DNA of 32,134 nt from an uncultured Streptococcus sp. (GCA_963523355.1 CAURCY010000001.1:1-32134), one strand, 5' to 3'; positions 9,750-20,827 are shown, counted from the stretch's first letter. Made by a program: numbers and translations. Notes: a model not told the origin generated them from the letters alone.

Positions 9750-9928
9750 GAAAAAAGCACACCTGACAAAGCGTTGGAGTGGCAGGGCCACGGTTCCATC
9801 CAACTTCACAGGTGTGCACTTGATTGTGTATGTAATTGTTACTAACGGTAGAATTTCACCTATCCCTCCTATCTGCTCGCAGCACCCGCAGACTTTCTGA
9901 AAGAAGAAGATAACCTACTTATCCGTTG
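9750..9928 (-). promoter_or_regulatory. T-box leader of serS
   Basis: On the - strand: AGAAAG and GGTGCTG stem-I boxes, candidate specifier UCU (9850-9852), T-box AAGTTGGATGGAACCGTG, GCACACCTG...CAGGTGTGC stem with U-tract. Confidence 0.88.
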
Positions 9929-9933
9929 CTATG

Positions 9934-9962
9934 ATTATACTAAAGTTTCTACTTTTTTGCAA
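9934..9962 (-). promoter_or_regulatory. serS promoter
   Basis: TTGCAA-17 bp-TATAAT on the - strand; the -35 lies inside the end of the DUF956 gene. Confidence 0.65.
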
Positions 9963-10320
9963 ATAGATTTTTAAATTTTTGACCAATGGTCTGGAGCAGA
10001 GTCGGAAGTTTCACGACCTTGTCATTGCCCAGTTTTTCACGAGCAATTTTGAGAATGGCACCTGAGTCTTTTGAAGCAAAGAGGAATTTTCCTCTGTCTG
10101 TAAAGACTTCGAAGTGGCGACTGATTTTTCGCCCAGTGACATTGGCCCCAATCTGGTTGATATGGCTCCAAGGAATCTGGATAAATTGTTCGACATTGAC
10201 ATCTGGGTAAAATTCCAGAGCCTGATCTCCGACAAGAAATTTCCCAACTTTCCCAGCTATAGAGAGGTAGGAGGTACCTGTTGTATTGAGAAGCACTGTT
10301 TTGTTAAGAGATTGGGCCAT
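9949..10320 (-). CDS. DUF956 family protein (ManO-like)
   Basis: MAQSLN...GKFLVGDQALEFY...FIQIPW...F(A)SKD pattern recalled for DUF956. Confidence 0.8.
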   Translation of the reverse strand: MAQSLNKTVLLNTTGTSYLSIAGKVGKFLVGDQALEFYPDVNVEQFIQIPWSHINQIGANVTGRKISRHFEVFTDRGKFLFASKDSGAILKIAREKLGNDKVVKLPTLLQTIGQKFKNLFAKK

Positions 10321-10322
10321 GG

Positions 10323-11687
10323 TTAGTCTTCCTTACTTTCACCGAAAAAGGCATTGTAGAGGGCTTTGATTGCTGCTTTCTCTTGGTCTTTATTGACAAC
10401 GAACATAATAGAAACTTCACTAGAACCTTGCGACATCATCTGGATGTTGATCTTGTTTTCAGATAGAGCGCGTGTCGCAGTAGCAGTTACTCCGATATGG
10501 CTCTTCATCTTTTCACCAACAATCATAATGATAGAAAGGTCGTGTTCGATTTCTGCATGGTCTACTTCAGCCTTTTGAACCAACTGACGAAGGATTTCTT
10601 CTTCCTTGATAGGAGTTAGTTCGCGAGAACGGAGGATGATTGAAAGATCGTCGATACCTGTTGGCATATGTTCCCAACCGATGTTAAGATCTTCAAGGAT
10701 TTGCAGAACCTTGCGTCCAAATCCCACCTCACGGTTCATGAGGTATTTAGACATGTTGATGCTGACAAAGCCAGAATCACCAGCAATTCCCACAACTGGG
10801 AATTCATCACTACTGTGTTTTAAAACAATACGAGTACCTGGATGGTCAGGATTGTTGGTATTCTTGATAACTAGAGGAATTTTTCCACGGTAGGCAGGTA
10901 GAAGAGCTTCATCATGAAGGACTGAGAATCCTGCATAGGCCAACTCACGCATTTCACGGTAGGTCAACTCAGGAATCGAGTGTGGTTGGTGGATAATACC
11001 AGGGTGGGCTGCAAAGATACCATCAACGTCTGTAAAGTTTTCATAGAGGTCTGCCTTAACACCGGCAGCAATGATAGAACCTGTAATATCAGAGCCTCCA
11101 CGTGAGAAGGTACAGATTTGATTTTCCTTGGTAACCCCAAAGAAACCAGGAATGACTAGGACTTCATTTGCATTCGTCAATTCCTCAATCTTGTCATAAC
11201 TTGATGGAATGATTCGAGCATGACCAGGTTCACTTGTGACCACAATACCAGCTTCTCGAGGGTGCACATAGCGTGCATCAATCCCATTTTGGTTAAAATA
11301 GGCAGCAATCAATTTAGCATTGTTATTTTCACCGGCTGCTAGAAAAGTGTCGTAGAGAAATTCATTTTCATCAATAGGAAGAGTGGCTAAGGCGCGAATG
11401 CTTTTAGAAATTTTTTCTAAAACAGCAGGTTTTAGTCCTAGTTCACTAACCATAGCAGCATAGCGGTCAATAATCCAGTTTTGGCTCTTGCTAATATCGT
11501 TACCAGCAACATAGTCGCGGTAGTATTTAATCAAGGCATCCGTAACCTTAGTATCTTCGGTATTGCGTTTCCCAGGTGCAGAAACAACTACAAAACGACG
11601 CTCTGAATCGCTTTTTACGATGTTTAAAACTTTTTCTAATTGACTAGCAGAGGCAAGAGAGCTACCTCCAAATTTAACAACCTTCAT
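10323..11687 (-). CDS. lysC: Aspartate kinase
   Basis: VVKFGGSSLA, VVSAPGK, TFSRGGSD, TDVDG; two C-terminal ACT domains. Confidence 0.93.
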   Translation of the reverse strand: MKVVKFGGSSLASASQLEKVLNIVKSDSERRFVVVSAPGKRNTEDTKVTDALIKYYRDYVAGNDISKSQNWIIDRYAAMVSELGLKPAVLEKISKSIRALATLPIDENEFLYDTFLAAGENNNAKLIAAYFNQNGIDARYVHPREAGIVVTSEPGHARIIPSSYDKIEELTNANEVLVIPGFFGVTKENQICTFSRGGSDITGSIIAAGVKADLYENFTDVDGIFAAHPGIIHQPHSIPELTYREMRELAYAGFSVLHDEALLPAYRGKIPLVIKNTNNPDHPGTRIVLKHSSDEFPVVGIAGDSGFVSINMSKYLMNREVGFGRKVLQILEDLNIGWEHMPTGIDDLSIILRSRELTPIKEEEILRQLVQKAEVDHAEIEHDLSIIMIVGEKMKSHIGVTATATRALSENKINIQMMSQGSSEVSIMFVVNKDQEKAAIKALYNAFFGESKED

Positions 11688-11716
11688 AAGAACTCCTAAA
11701 GTAAGTATTTTATACG

Positions 11717-11745
11717 ATTATAGCAGAAAGAAAGTCTTTTTTCAA
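11717..11745 (-). promoter_or_regulatory. Aspartate kinase promoter
   Basis: TTGAAA-17 bp-TATAAT with TGC extension on the - strand. Confidence 0.7.
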
Positions 11746-11819
11746 TGAAGAAAATAAGATGCGTTCTAGTATAAAGCGAGCCTTTCTAATCGGCTGAGAC
11801 ACTTTCAGTTGATTTTTTC

Positions 11820-11862
11820 TTGCTTTCTGCTCCTAAAAAAGATATACTTTGAAAATGAAATA
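11820..11862 (+). promoter_or_regulatory. fabM promoter with possible FabT site
   Basis: TTGCTT-17 bp-TATACT; overlapping ACTTTGAAAATGAAATA resembles the FabT palindrome. Confidence 0.55.
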
Positions 11863-11897
11863 ATTTAAACTGCTTATAAAATAAAAAAGGAGTCCAG

Positions 11898-12683
11898 ATG
11901 GAACACATTATTTATCAGCTTAAAGAGGATTTGGCAATCCTTACGTTAAATCGTCCTGAGGTCGCGAATGGTTTTCATATTCTCATGTGTGAGGAGATTT
12001 TAGAAGCCCTGACTTTGGCAGAAGAGGATCCAGCTGTGCATTTTGTCTTAATCAACGCGAATGGCAAAGTCTTTTCAGTTGGGGGAGATTTGGTAGAGAT
12101 GAAGCGAGCAGTGGATGAGGATGATATTCCATCATTGACGAAAATCGCAGAATTGGTCAATACTATTTCTTATAAAATCAAGCAAATTGCTAAACCTGTC
12201 TTGATGGAGGTTGATGGGGCAGTTGCAGGTGCCGCAGCAAATATGGCTGTTGCTGCAGATTTCTGTCTGGCAACGGATAAGGCTAAATTTATCCAAGCCT
12301 TTGTTGGAGTTGGCTTGGCTCCGGATGCAGGAGGAATTCATCTCTTGAGTCGAAGTATTGGTGTGACGCGTGCTGCTCAATTAGCTATGACAGGTGAGGC
12401 TTTGAATGCAGAAAAAGCTCTAGAGTGGGGCCTGGTTTACCGTGTCTGTGAAGCTGATAAACTTGAACAGACTAGAGAACAGCTTCTTAAAAAATTGAGA
12501 CGCGGATCAGCTAATTCCTATGCAGCCATCAAGAAGTTGGTTTGGGAGAGCCAATTTAAAGATTGGCAAGATTATGCTGCTTTAGAATTGAAGCTACAGG
12601 AATCTTTGGCCCAAACAGAGGATTTCAAAGAGGGAGTTCGGGCTCATTCGGAAAGAAGACGACCTAAATTTACAGGAAAATAA
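11898..12683 (+). CDS. fabM: trans-2,cis-3-decenoyl-ACP isomerase
   Basis: Crotonase-fold motifs ([24 protein letters not shown]); first gene of the fab cluster. Confidence 0.93.
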   Translation: MEHIIYQLKEDLAILTLNRPEVANGFHILMCEEILEALTLAEEDPAVHFVLINANGKVFSVGGDLVEMKRAVDEDDIPSLTKIAELVNTISYKIKQIAKPVLMEVDGAVAGAAANMAVAADFCLATDKAKFIQAFVGVGLAPDAGGIHLLSRSIGVTRAAQLAMTGEALNAEKALEWGLVYRVCEADKLEQTREQLLKKLRRGSANSYAAIKKLVWESQFKDWQDYAALELKLQESLAQTEDFKEGVRAHSERRRPKFTGK

Positions 12684-12691
12684 AAAAATAC

Positions 12692-12750
12692 TTGCACCAT
12701 TCTTTGAAGTTTGATATAATTCTCTTGTCAAATGTTTTGATTCTAAAAGT
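12692..12750 (+). promoter_or_regulatory. fabT promoter and FabT operator
   Basis: TTGCAC-17 bp-TATAAT with TGn extension; GTTTTGATTCTAAAAGT (12734-12750) matches the recalled FabT site. Confidence 0.75.
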
Positions 12751-12776
12751 TTTTTTGAAAAGGAGGGAAGGAAAGA

Positions 12777-13211
12777 TTGGACTACCAACGAATTAATGAA
12801 TATTTAACGTCTATATTTAACAATGTCCTCGTTATTGAGGAAGTTAGCTTGAGGGGTAGTCGTTTCAAGGATATCTCCATCAAAGAAATGCATACGATTG
12901 ATGTGATTGGGAAATTCCCAGATGTGACACCAAGTCAAGTGTCGAAAGAGTTGATGGTGACTCTTGGGACAGTTACGACTAGTTTGAATAATCTCGAACG
13001 CAAGGGTTACATTGAACGCATTCGTTCAGAACATGATCGACGTGTGGTGCATCTGCATTTGACAAAGAAAGGTCGCTTGGTTCATAGGCTACATAAACGC
13101 TTCCACAAGGCCATGGTTGAAAAAATCATTGATGGTATGAGTAAGCAAGAAATTGAGGTTATGAGCAAAGGTTTGACCAATCTTTATCAATTTTTGGAGG
13201 ATTTGAAATAA
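12777..13211 (+). CDS. fabT: MarR-family fatty acid synthesis repressor
   Basis: TTG start; winged HTH with DRRVV motif; upstream of fabH. Confidence 0.95.
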   Translation: MDYQRINEYLTSIFNNVLVIEEVSLRGSRFKDISIKEMHTIDVIGKFPDVTPSQVSKELMVTLGTVTTSLNNLERKGYIERIRSEHDRRVVHLHLTKKGRLVHRLHKRFHKAMVEKIIDGMSKQEIEVMSKGLTNLYQFLEDLK

Positions 13212-14185
13212 TGGCTTTTGCAAAAATAAGCCAGGTTGCTCATTATGTGCCAGAGCAAGTGGTTACAAATCATGATTTGGCTCAGATTATGGATACCAAT
13301 GATGAGTGGATTTCAAGTCGGACGGGAATACGACAAAGGCATATTTCAAGAACAGAATCTACTAGTGATTTGGCTACAGAGGTTGCTAAGAAACTGATGG
13401 CAAAAGCTGGAGTCACAGGAGAGGAGTTGGATTTTATCATTCTAGCTACCATTACTCCTGATTCGATGATGCCCTCTACAGCTGCTCGTATACAAGCTAA
13501 TATTGGTGCTAATAAGGCCTTTGCTTTTGACCTAACAGCTGCTTGTAGTGGATTTGTATTTGCTCTTTCAACTGCTGAAAAGTTTATCGCTTCTGGTCGC
13601 TTTCAAAAAGGCTTGGTGATTGGTAGTGAAACCCTCTCTAAAGCAGTCGATTGGTCAGACCGATCAACAGCTGTTTTGTTTGGAGATGGTGCTGGTGGTG
13701 TCTTGTTAGAAGCTAGCGAGCAAGAGCATTTTTTGGCAGAGAGTCTCAATAGTGATGGGAGTCGTAGCGAGTGTCTAACTTATGGACATTCAGGCTTACA
13801 TTCTCCGTTTTCAGATCAAGAAAATGCAGATTCATTTTTGAAGATGGATGGGCGCGCAGTCTTTGATTTTGCTATTCGGGATGTAGCCAAGTCTATCAAG
13901 CAGACTATTGATGAATCTCCTATAGAGGCGACAGACTTGGATTATCTGCTACTTCATCAGGCTAATGACCGTATTTTGGATAAGATGGCTAGAAAAATCG
14001 GTGTTAACCGAGATAAAATTCCAGCCAATATGATGGAATATGGCAATACCAGTGCAGCAAGTATCCCGATTTTACTTTCAGAGTGTGTAGAACAAGGTCT
14101 CATCCGTTTAGATGGTAGCCAGACTGTTCTGCTATCAGGCTTCGGTGGAGGCTTGACCTGGGGCACGCTCATTCTTACAATTTAG
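13211..14185 (+). CDS. fabH: 3-oxoacyl-ACP synthase III
   Basis: AACSGF, HQAN and GNTSAAS catalytic motifs. Confidence 0.97.
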   Translation: MAFAKISQVAHYVPEQVVTNHDLAQIMDTNDEWISSRTGIRQRHISRTESTSDLATEVAKKLMAKAGVTGEELDFIILATITPDSMMPSTAARIQANIGANKAFAFDLTAACSGFVFALSTAEKFIASGRFQKGLVIGSETLSKAVDWSDRSTAVLFGDGAGGVLLEASEQEHFLAESLNSDGSRSECLTYGHSGLHSPFSDQENADSFLKMDGRAVFDFAIRDVAKSIKQTIDESPIEATDLDYLLLHQANDRILDKMARKIGVNRDKIPANMMEYGNTSAASIPILLSECVEQGLIRLDGSQTVLLSGFGGGLTWGTLILTI

Positions 14186-14243
14186 GTAATCATGTGGTGA
14201 ACACATTGTTATAAAAAACTATTTATTTTAAAGGAGTCCTATC

Positions 14244-14468
14244 ATGGCAGTATTTGAAAAAGTACAAGAAATTATCGTTGAAGAACTTGGAAAAGACGCA
14301 TCAGAAGTAACACTTGAATCAACTTTTGATGATTTGGACGCAGATTCATTGGACTTGTTCCAAGTAATCTCAGAAATCGAAGATGCTTTTGATATCCAAA
14401 TCGAAGCAGAAGATGACTTGAAAACAGTTGGTGACTTGGTTGCCTACGTTGAAGAGCAAACAAAATAA
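14244..14468 (+). CDS. acpP: Acyl carrier protein
   Basis: Acidic 74 aa protein with the DADSLD phosphopantetheine site. Confidence 0.97.
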   Translation: MAVFEKVQEIIVEELGKDASEVTLESTFDDLDADSLDLFQVISEIEDAFDIQIEAEDDLKTVGDLVAYVEEQTK

Positions 14469-14522
14469 GCAGAATATAAGATAGAAGGAGTAGGGAAACC
14501 CGCTCCCTCTTGTTTAGGCAAT

Positions 14523-14539
14523 AGTTTGATTTTCAAATT
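14523..14539 (+). promoter_or_regulatory. FabT operator upstream of fabK
   Basis: Palindromic AGTTTGATTTTCAAATT. Confidence 0.7.
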
Positions 14540-14585
14540 ATGACGGTATCGAACTATTACGTAAGCAAGAAACGATGGAGGCACT

Positions 14586-15560
14586 ATGAAAACACGTATT
14601 ACAGAATTATTGAACATTGATTATCCTATTTTTCAAGGAGGAATGGCCTGGGTTGCTGATGGTGATTTGGCAGGAGCTGTTTCCAAGGCTGGAGGACTAG
14701 GGATTATCGGTGGGGGGAATGCCCCTAAAGAAGTTGTCAAGGCAAATATTGATAAAATCAAATCATTGACTGATAAACCCTTTGGTGTCAACATCATGCT
14801 CTTGTCTCCCTTTGTGGAAGATATTGTAGACCTCGTTATCGAGGAAGGGGTTAAGGTAGTTACAACAGGCGCAGGAAATCCAAGCAAATACATGGAACGT
14901 TTCCATGAAGCTGGTATTACGGTTATTCCTGTTGTACCAAGTGTTGCCCTAGCTAAACGCATGGAAAAAATCGGTGCGGACGCCGTTATTGCAGAAGGAA
15001 TGGAAGCTGGAGGACACATTGGGAAATTAACAACCATGACCTTGGTGCGCCAGGTTGCTGCTGCTGTATCTATTCCTGTTATTGCTGCAGGAGGGATTGC
15101 GGATGGTGAAGGTGCTGCGGCTGGCTTTATGCTAGGTGCAGAAGCTGTTCAGGTTGGAACGCGTTTTGTCGTTGCAAAAGAGTCTAATGCCCATCCAAAT
15201 TATAAGGCGAAAATTTTAAAAGCTAGAGATATTGATACTACGATTTCAGCTCAACACTTTGGACATGCTGTTCGTGCGATTAAAAATCAGTTGACTCGTG
15301 ATTTTGAACAGGCTGAAAAAGATGCCTTTAAACAAGAAAATCCAGATTTGGAAATTTTTGAACAAATGGGAGCAGGTGCTCTAGCCAAAGCAGTTGTTCA
15401 GGGAGATGTGGATGGTGGATCTGTTATGGCAGGTCAAATTGCAGGGCTTGTTTCCAAAGAAGAAACTGTTGAAGAAATCCTAAAAGATTTGTATTACGGA
15501 GCAGCTAAGAAAATTCAAGAAGAAGCCTCTCGTTGGGCAGGAGTTGTAAGAAATGACTAA
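14586..15560 (+). CDS. fabK: Enoyl-ACP reductase II
   Basis: PIFQGGM, EAGGHIG and AAGGIADG flavin TIM-barrel motifs. Confidence 0.96.
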   Translation: MKTRITELLNIDYPIFQGGMAWVADGDLAGAVSKAGGLGIIGGGNAPKEVVKANIDKIKSLTDKPFGVNIMLLSPFVEDIVDLVIEEGVKVVTTGAGNPSKYMERFHEAGITVIPVVPSVALAKRMEKIGADAVIAEGMEAGGHIGKLTTMTLVRQVAAAVSIPVIAAGGIADGEGAAAGFMLGAEAVQVGTRFVVAKESNAHPNYKAKILKARDIDTTISAQHFGHAVRAIKNQLTRDFEQAEKDAFKQENPDLEIFEQMGAGALAKAVVQGDVDGGSVMAGQIAGLVSKEETVEEILKDLYYGAAKKIQEEASRWAGVVRND

Positions 15561-16476
15561 AACAGCCTTTTTATTTGCTGGCCAAGGTGCCCAGTATCTA
15601 GGTATGGGACGGGATTTCTATGATCAGTATCCGATTGTCAAAAAAACGATTGATCAAGCAAGTCAGGTGCTTGGTTATGATTTGCGTCATCTTATTGATA
15701 CAGAAGAAGAAAAACTCAATCAGACTCGCTATACGCAACCAGCTATTTTAGCGACTTCAGTTGCTATCTATCGTTTATTGAAAGAAAAGGGCTATCAGCC
15801 TGATATGGTTGCTGGTTTGTCACTTGGAGAATACTCTGCCTTAGTAGCCAGCGGTGCCTTGGATTTTGAAGATGCGGTTTCCTTGGTAGCTAAGCGTGGA
15901 GTTTTTATGGAAGAAGCGGCTCCTGCTGGCTCTGGCAAGATGGTCGCAGTTCTCAATACGCCAGTAGAGGTTATTGAAGAAGCCTGTCAAAAAGCTTCTG
16001 AGCTTGGAGTGGTTACTCCAGCCAACTATAATACACCTGCACAAATCGTGATTGGTGGAGAAGTGGCTGCAGTTGACCGAGCTGTTGAACTCGTGCAAGA
16101 AGCAGGTGCCAAACGCTTGATTCCACTCAAGGTGTCAGGTCCCTTTCATACCGCTCTCCTTGAGCCTGCTAGCCAGAAACTAGCTGAAACTCTAGCTCAA
16201 GTAAGTTTTTCAGATTTTACTTGTCCCCTAGTTGGTAATACAGAAGCTGCTATCATGCTAAAAGAAGACATTGCTCAACTCTTGACGCGTCAGGTCAAGG
16301 AACCAGTTCGTTTCTATGAAAGTATTGCAGTTATGCAAGAAGCAGGCGTAACCAACTTTATCGAGATTGGACCGGGGAAAGTCTTGTCAGGCTTTGTCAA
16401 AAAAATTGATAAGACAGCTAAACTAGCCAATGTTGAAGATCAGGCTAGTTTGGAAGTCTTACTAGAAAACGAGTAA
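15553..16476 (+). CDS. fabD: Malonyl-CoA:ACP transacylase
   Basis: FAGQGAQ, GLSLGE and SGPFH motifs. Confidence 0.97.
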   Translation: MTKTAFLFAGQGAQYLGMGRDFYDQYPIVKKTIDQASQVLGYDLRHLIDTEEEKLNQTRYTQPAILATSVAIYRLLKEKGYQPDMVAGLSLGEYSALVASGALDFEDAVSLVAKRGVFMEEAAPAGSGKMVAVLNTPVEVIEEACQKASELGVVTPANYNTPAQIVIGGEVAAVDRAVELVQEAGAKRLIPLKVSGPFHTALLEPASQKLAETLAQVSFSDFTCPLVGNTEAAIMLKEDIAQLLTRQVKEPVRFYESIAVMQEAGVTNFIEIGPGKVLSGFVKKIDKTAKLANVEDQASLEVLLENE

Positions 16477-16516
16477 TCCCTTCTCCCATAAATACAAGAG
16501 GAAACAGGAGAAAAGA

Positions 16517-17248
16517 ATGCAACTAAAAAATAAAAATATCTTTATTACAGGTTCGAGTCGTGGGATTGGTCTTGCCATCGCCCACAAGTTTGCTCAAGCA
16601 GGAGCCAATATTGTTTTAAACAGTCGTGGGGCAATCTCAGAAGAATTGCTCGCTGAGTTTTCAAACTATGGTGTCAAGGTGGTTCCCATTTCAGGAGATG
16701 TATCAAATTTTGCAGATGCTAAGCGTATGGTTGATCAAGCTATTGTAGAGCTGGGTTCAGTAGATGTTTTGGTCAACAATGCAGGGATTACCCAAGATAC
16801 CCTAATGCTCAAGATGACAGAAGCAGATTTTGAAAAAGTGCTCAAGGTTAACCTGACTGGTGCCTTTAACATGACACAATCAGTCTTGAAACCGATGATA
16901 AAAGCTAGAGAAGGTGCTATCATTAATATGTCTAGTGTTGTTGGTTTGATGGGAAATATCGGTCAAGCTAACTATGCAGCTTCTAAGGCTGGTTTGATTG
17001 GTTTTACCAAGTCTGTGGCGCGTGAAGTGGCCAATCGCAATATCAGGGTTAATGCTATTGCACCTGGAATGATTGAGTCCGATATGACAGCTGTTCTATC
17101 AGACAAGGTAAAAGATGCTATGCTGGCGCAAATTCCTATGAAAGAATTTGGGCAGGCAGAGCAGGTTGCAGATTTGACAGTATTTTTAGCAGGCCAAGAT
17201 TATCTAACTGGTCAAGTGGTTGCCATTGATGGTGGCTTAAGTATGTAG
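16517..17248 (+). CDS. fabG: 3-oxoacyl-ACP reductase
   Basis: SDR motifs TGSSRGIG, NNAG and YAASK. Confidence 0.97.
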   Translation: MQLKNKNIFITGSSRGIGLAIAHKFAQAGANIVLNSRGAISEELLAEFSNYGVKVVPISGDVSNFADAKRMVDQAIVELGSVDVLVNNAGITQDTLMLKMTEADFEKVLKVNLTGAFNMTQSVLKPMIKAREGAIINMSSVVGLMGNIGQANYAASKAGLIGFTKSVAREVANRNIRVNAIAPGMIESDMTAVLSDKVKDAMLAQIPMKEFGQAEQVADLTVFLAGQDYLTGQVVAIDGGLSM

Positions 17249-17269
17249 CAGAAGCTAGAGGTAAAAAAG

Positions 17270-18505
17270 ATGAAACTAAATCGCGTAGTAGTAACAGGTT
17301 ATGGAGTAACATCTCCAATCGGAAATACACCAGAAGAATTTTGGAATAGTTTGACAACTGGAAAAATCGGAATTGGTCCAATTACAAAATTTGATCATAG
17401 TGACTTTGATGTGCATAATGCAGCAGAAATCCAAGATTTTCCTTTTGATAAATACTTTGTAAAGAAAGATACCAATCGTTTTGATAACTACTCTTTATAT
17501 GCCTTGTATGCGGCTCAAGAAGCTGTCAATCATGCCAATTTAGATGTAGAGGCTCTTGATAAAGATCGTTTTGGTGTTATTGTTGCCTCTGGTATTGGTG
17601 GAATCAAGGAAATTGAAGATCAAGTGCTTCGCCTAAATGACAAAGGACCAAAACGTGTGAAACCATTGACCCTTCCAAAAGCCTTGCCAAATATGGCTTC
17701 AGGAAATGTTGCTATGCGTTTTGGAGCAAACGGTGTTTGTAAATCCATCAATACTGCCTGCGCTTCATCAAATGACGCGATTGGGGATGCCTTCCGCTCA
17801 ATTAAGTTTGGTTTCCAAGATGTTATGTTGGTAGGTGGTTCAGAAGCCTCTATCACACCTTTTGCTATTGCTGGTTTCCAAGCCCTAACTGCTCTCTCAA
17901 CTACAGAGGATCCAACTCGTGCTTCCATTCCATTTGATAAGGACCGTAATGGTTTTGTCATGGGTGAAGGTTCAGGGATGTTAGTTCTTGAAAGCCTTGA
18001 ACACGCTGAAAAACGTGGAGCTACTATCCTTGCTGAAGTGGTTGGTTACGGAAATACTTGTGATGCCTACCATATGACTTCTCCTCATCCAGAAGGTCAG
18101 GGAGCTATCAAAGCCATTAAACTAGCCTTGGAAGAAGCTGAGATTTCTCCAGAGCAAGTAGCCTATGTCAATGCTCACGGAACGTCAACTCCTGCTAATG
18201 AAAAAGGAGAAAGTGGTGCGATCGTATCTGTTCTTGGTAAGGAAGTACCTGTATCATCAACCAAGTCTTTCACAGGACATTTGCTGGGTGCTGCAGGTGC
18301 AGTAGAAGCTATCGTAACAATCGAGGCTATGCGTCATAACTTTGTACCAATGACAGCTGGAACAAGTGAAGTATCAGATTATATCGAAGCCAATGTCGTT
18401 TATGGACAAGGCTTGGAGCAAGAAATTCCATACGCTATTTCAAATACTTTTGGTTTTGGTGGCCACAATGCAGTTCTTGCTTTCAAACGTTGGGAGAATA
18501 AATAA
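17270..18505 (+). CDS. fabF: 3-oxoacyl-ACP synthase II
   Basis: TACASS, NAHGTST, GHLLGA and FGFGGHN motifs. Confidence 0.97.
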   Translation: MKLNRVVVTGYGVTSPIGNTPEEFWNSLTTGKIGIGPITKFDHSDFDVHNAAEIQDFPFDKYFVKKDTNRFDNYSLYALYAAQEAVNHANLDVEALDKDRFGVIVASGIGGIKEIEDQVLRLNDKGPKRVKPLTLPKALPNMASGNVAMRFGANGVCKSINTACASSNDAIGDAFRSIKFGFQDVMLVGGSEASITPFAIAGFQALTALSTTEDPTRASIPFDKDRNGFVMGEGSGMLVLESLEHAEKRGATILAEVVGYGNTCDAYHMTSPHPEGQGAIKAIKLALEEAEISPEQVAYVNAHGTSTPANEKGESGAIVSVLGKEVPVSSTKSFTGHLLGAAGAVEAIVTIEAMRHNFVPMTAGTSEVSDYIEANVVYGQGLEQEIPYAISNTFGFGGHNAVLAFKRWENK

Positions 18506-18507
18506 GT

Positions 18508-18993
18508 ATGAATTTAAACGATATTAAAGACTTGATGGCTCAATTTGACCAGTCAAGTTTGAGAGAATTTTCTTATAAAAACGGGACGGATGAGTTACAG
18601 TTTAGCAAGAATGAAGCTAAACTCGTATCCGAAGTTGCAACTCAAGTCGCTCCTGCACCCGTTCTAGCAACACCAAGTCCAGTAGCTTCAACATCTGCTC
18701 CAGTAGAAACTGTAGTGGAAGAAGTTCCTGCTTCAGTTGAAGCAAGTGTAGCTGCTGAGGGAGATGTTGTAGAGAGCCCACTTGTTGGGGTGGCTTACTT
18801 GGCTGCTGGACCTGATAAACCTGCCTTCGTAACAGTTGGTGATAGTGTTAAAAAAGGTCAAACATTGGTGATTATCGAAGCCATGAAAGTCATGAATGAA
18901 ATTCCAGCTCCTAAGGATGGTGTGGTAACGGAAATTCTCGTTTCTAACGAAGAAATGGTTGAGTTTGGTAAAGGATTGGTACGTATCAAATGA
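18508..18993 (+). CDS. accB: Biotin carboxyl carrier protein
   Basis: EAMKVM biotinylation motif; Ala/Pro-rich linker. Confidence 0.97.
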   Translation: MNLNDIKDLMAQFDQSSLREFSYKNGTDELQFSKNEAKLVSEVATQVAPAPVLATPSPVASTSAPVETVVEEVPASVEASVAAEGDVVESPLVGVAYLAAGPDKPAFVTVGDSVKKGQTLVIIEAMKVMNEIPAPKDGVVTEILVSNEEMVEFGKGLVRIK

Positions 18994-19412
18994 TCGATAT
19001 TCAAGGAATCAAAGAAGCCCTTCCCCACCGTTATCCTATGCTCCTAGTAGACCGTGTATTGGAAGTGAGCGAGGACACCATTGTTGCCATCAAAAATGTG
19101 ACTATCAATGAGCCCTTCTTTAACGGTCATTTTCCTCAATACCCTGTCATGCCAGGTGTTCTGATTATGGAAGCCTTGGCGCAAACAGCTGGTGTCTTGG
19201 AGTTATCAAAACCTGAAAATAAAGGAAAACTGGTCTTTTACGCTGGTATGGACAAGGTTAAATTCAAGAAGCAAGTTGTACCAGGTGACCAATTGGTTAT
19301 GACGGCAACGTTTGTAAAACGTCGCGGTAGCATTGCCGTGGTTGAAGCAAAGGCTGAAGTGGATGGCAAGCTTGCAGCTAGTGGTACTCTTACCTTTGCA
19401 ATAGGGAACTAA
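18990..19412 (+). CDS. fabZ: 3-hydroxyacyl-ACP dehydratase
   Basis: [11 protein letters not shown] and [18 protein letters not shown] motifs. Confidence 0.97.
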   Translation: MIDIQGIKEALPHRYPMLLVDRVLEVSEDTIVAIKNVTINEPFFNGHFPQYPVMPGVLIMEALAQTAGVLELSKPENKGKLVFYAGMDKVKFKKQVVPGDQLVMTATFVKRRGSIAVVEAKAEVDGKLAASGTLTFAIGN

Positions 19413-19423
19413 GGAGGTTCTCC

Positions 19424-20791
19424 ATGTTTCGAAAAATTTTAATTGCCAATCGTGGTGAAATTGCGGTTCGTATTATCCGTGCGGCGCGTGAATTGGGGAT
19501 TGCGACGGTGGCAGTTTATTCAACTGCTGATAAGGAAGCTCTTCATACGCTTTTGGCAGATGAAGCAGTTTGTATTGGCCCTGGTAAGCCAACCGAGTCT
19601 TATCTCAATATTAATGCGGTTCTATCAGCTGCAGTCTTGACTGAGGCGGAAGCCATTCACCCAGGTTTTGGATTTCTCAGTGAAAATTCCAAATTTGCAA
19701 CCATGTGTGAAGAGGTGGGGATTAAGTTTATCGGCCCATCTGGTCATGTCATGGATATGATGGGAGACAAAATCAATGCGCGTGCTCAGATGATCAAAGC
19801 TGGTGTTCCAGTCATTCCAGGTTCAGATGGAGAAGTGCATAACTCTGAGGAAGCTTTGATTGTTGCTGAAAAAATTGGCTACCCTGTTATGCTCAAGGCT
19901 TCAGCAGGTGGAGGTGGTAAAGGGATTCGTAAGGTTGAAAAACCAGAAGACCTCGTTTCAGCTTTTGAAACTGCTTCTAGCGAAGCCAAGGCCAACTATG
20001 GCAATGGTGCCATGTACATAGAACGGGTTATCTATCCAGCACGTCACATCGAGGTTCAAATCCTAGGAGATGAACATGGGAATGTGATTCACTTGGGGGA
20101 ACGGGATTGTTCTCTTCAACGGAATAATCAAAAGGTTTTGGAAGAAAGCCCTTCAATTGCAATCGGAAAAACGTTGCGTCATGAAATCGGTGCGGCTGCT
20201 GTTCGAGCTGCAGAGTCTGTTGGCTATGAGAATGCAGGGACCATTGAGTTTCTGCTTGATGAAGCCAGTGGCAAATTCTATTTCATGGAAATGAATACTC
20301 GTGTACAGGTAGAACATCCTGTTACAGAGTTTGTTTCAGGTGTGGATATCGTTAAGGAACAGATTCGCATTGCGGCAGGTCAGCCTCTGTCTGTTAAGCA
20401 AGAAAATATTGTCTTACGTGGCCATGCCATCGAGTGTCGTATCAATGCAGAAAATCCAGCCTTCAACTTTGCTCCAAGTCCAGGTAAGATTACTAATCTC
20501 TATCTGCCAAGTGGTGGAGTTGGCTTGCGCGTGGATTCAGCAGTTTATCCAGGTTATACCATTCCGCCTTATTATGATAGTATGATTGCTAAAATCATCG
20601 TTCACGGTGAAAATCGTTTTGATGCCTTGATGAAAATGCAACGTGCCCTCTATGAACTAGAGATTGAAGGGGTGCAGACCAATGCAGATTTCCAGCTTGA
20701 CCTCATTTCAGATCGCAATGTCATTGCTGGAGATTACGATACTTCCTTCTTGATGGAAACCTTCTTACCCAAGTATCAAGAAAAAGAATAA
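19424..20791 (+). CDS. accC: Acetyl-CoA carboxylase biotin carboxylase
   Basis: ANRGEIA, GGGGKG and EMNTRVQVEH motifs. Confidence 0.97.
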   Translation: MFRKILIANRGEIAVRIIRAARELGIATVAVYSTADKEALHTLLADEAVCIGPGKPTESYLNINAVLSAAVLTEAEAIHPGFGFLSENSKFATMCEEVGIKFIGPSGHVMDMMGDKINARAQMIKAGVPVIPGSDGEVHNSEEALIVAEKIGYPVMLKASAGGGGKGIRKVEKPEDLVSAFETASSEAKANYGNGAMYIERVIYPARHIEVQILGDEHGNVIHLGERDCSLQRNNQKVLEESPSIAIGKTLRHEIGAAAVRAAESVGYENAGTIEFLLDEASGKFYFMEMNTRVQVEHPVTEFVSGVDIVKEQIRIAAGQPLSVKQENIVLRGHAIECRINAENPAFNFAPSPGKITNLYLPSGGVGLRVDSAVYPGYTIPPYYDSMIAKIIVHGENRFDALMKMQRALYELEIEGVQTNADFQLDLISDRNVIAGDYDTSFLMETFLPKYQEKE

Positions 20792-20827
20792 AATGACTTC
20801 AAGAGTTTAAACCGAAAAGGGGAATCA

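Noticed and set aside
9736..9819. 28-aa N-terminal extension of SerS in the ORF track
   Set aside because: It runs through the T-box and terminator; the AAGGAG RBS supports ATG 9735.
11688..11897. Lysine riboswitch upstream of the aspartokinase gene
   Set aside because: The predicted promoter leaves only a ~25-nt leader and no aptamer motifs are visible.
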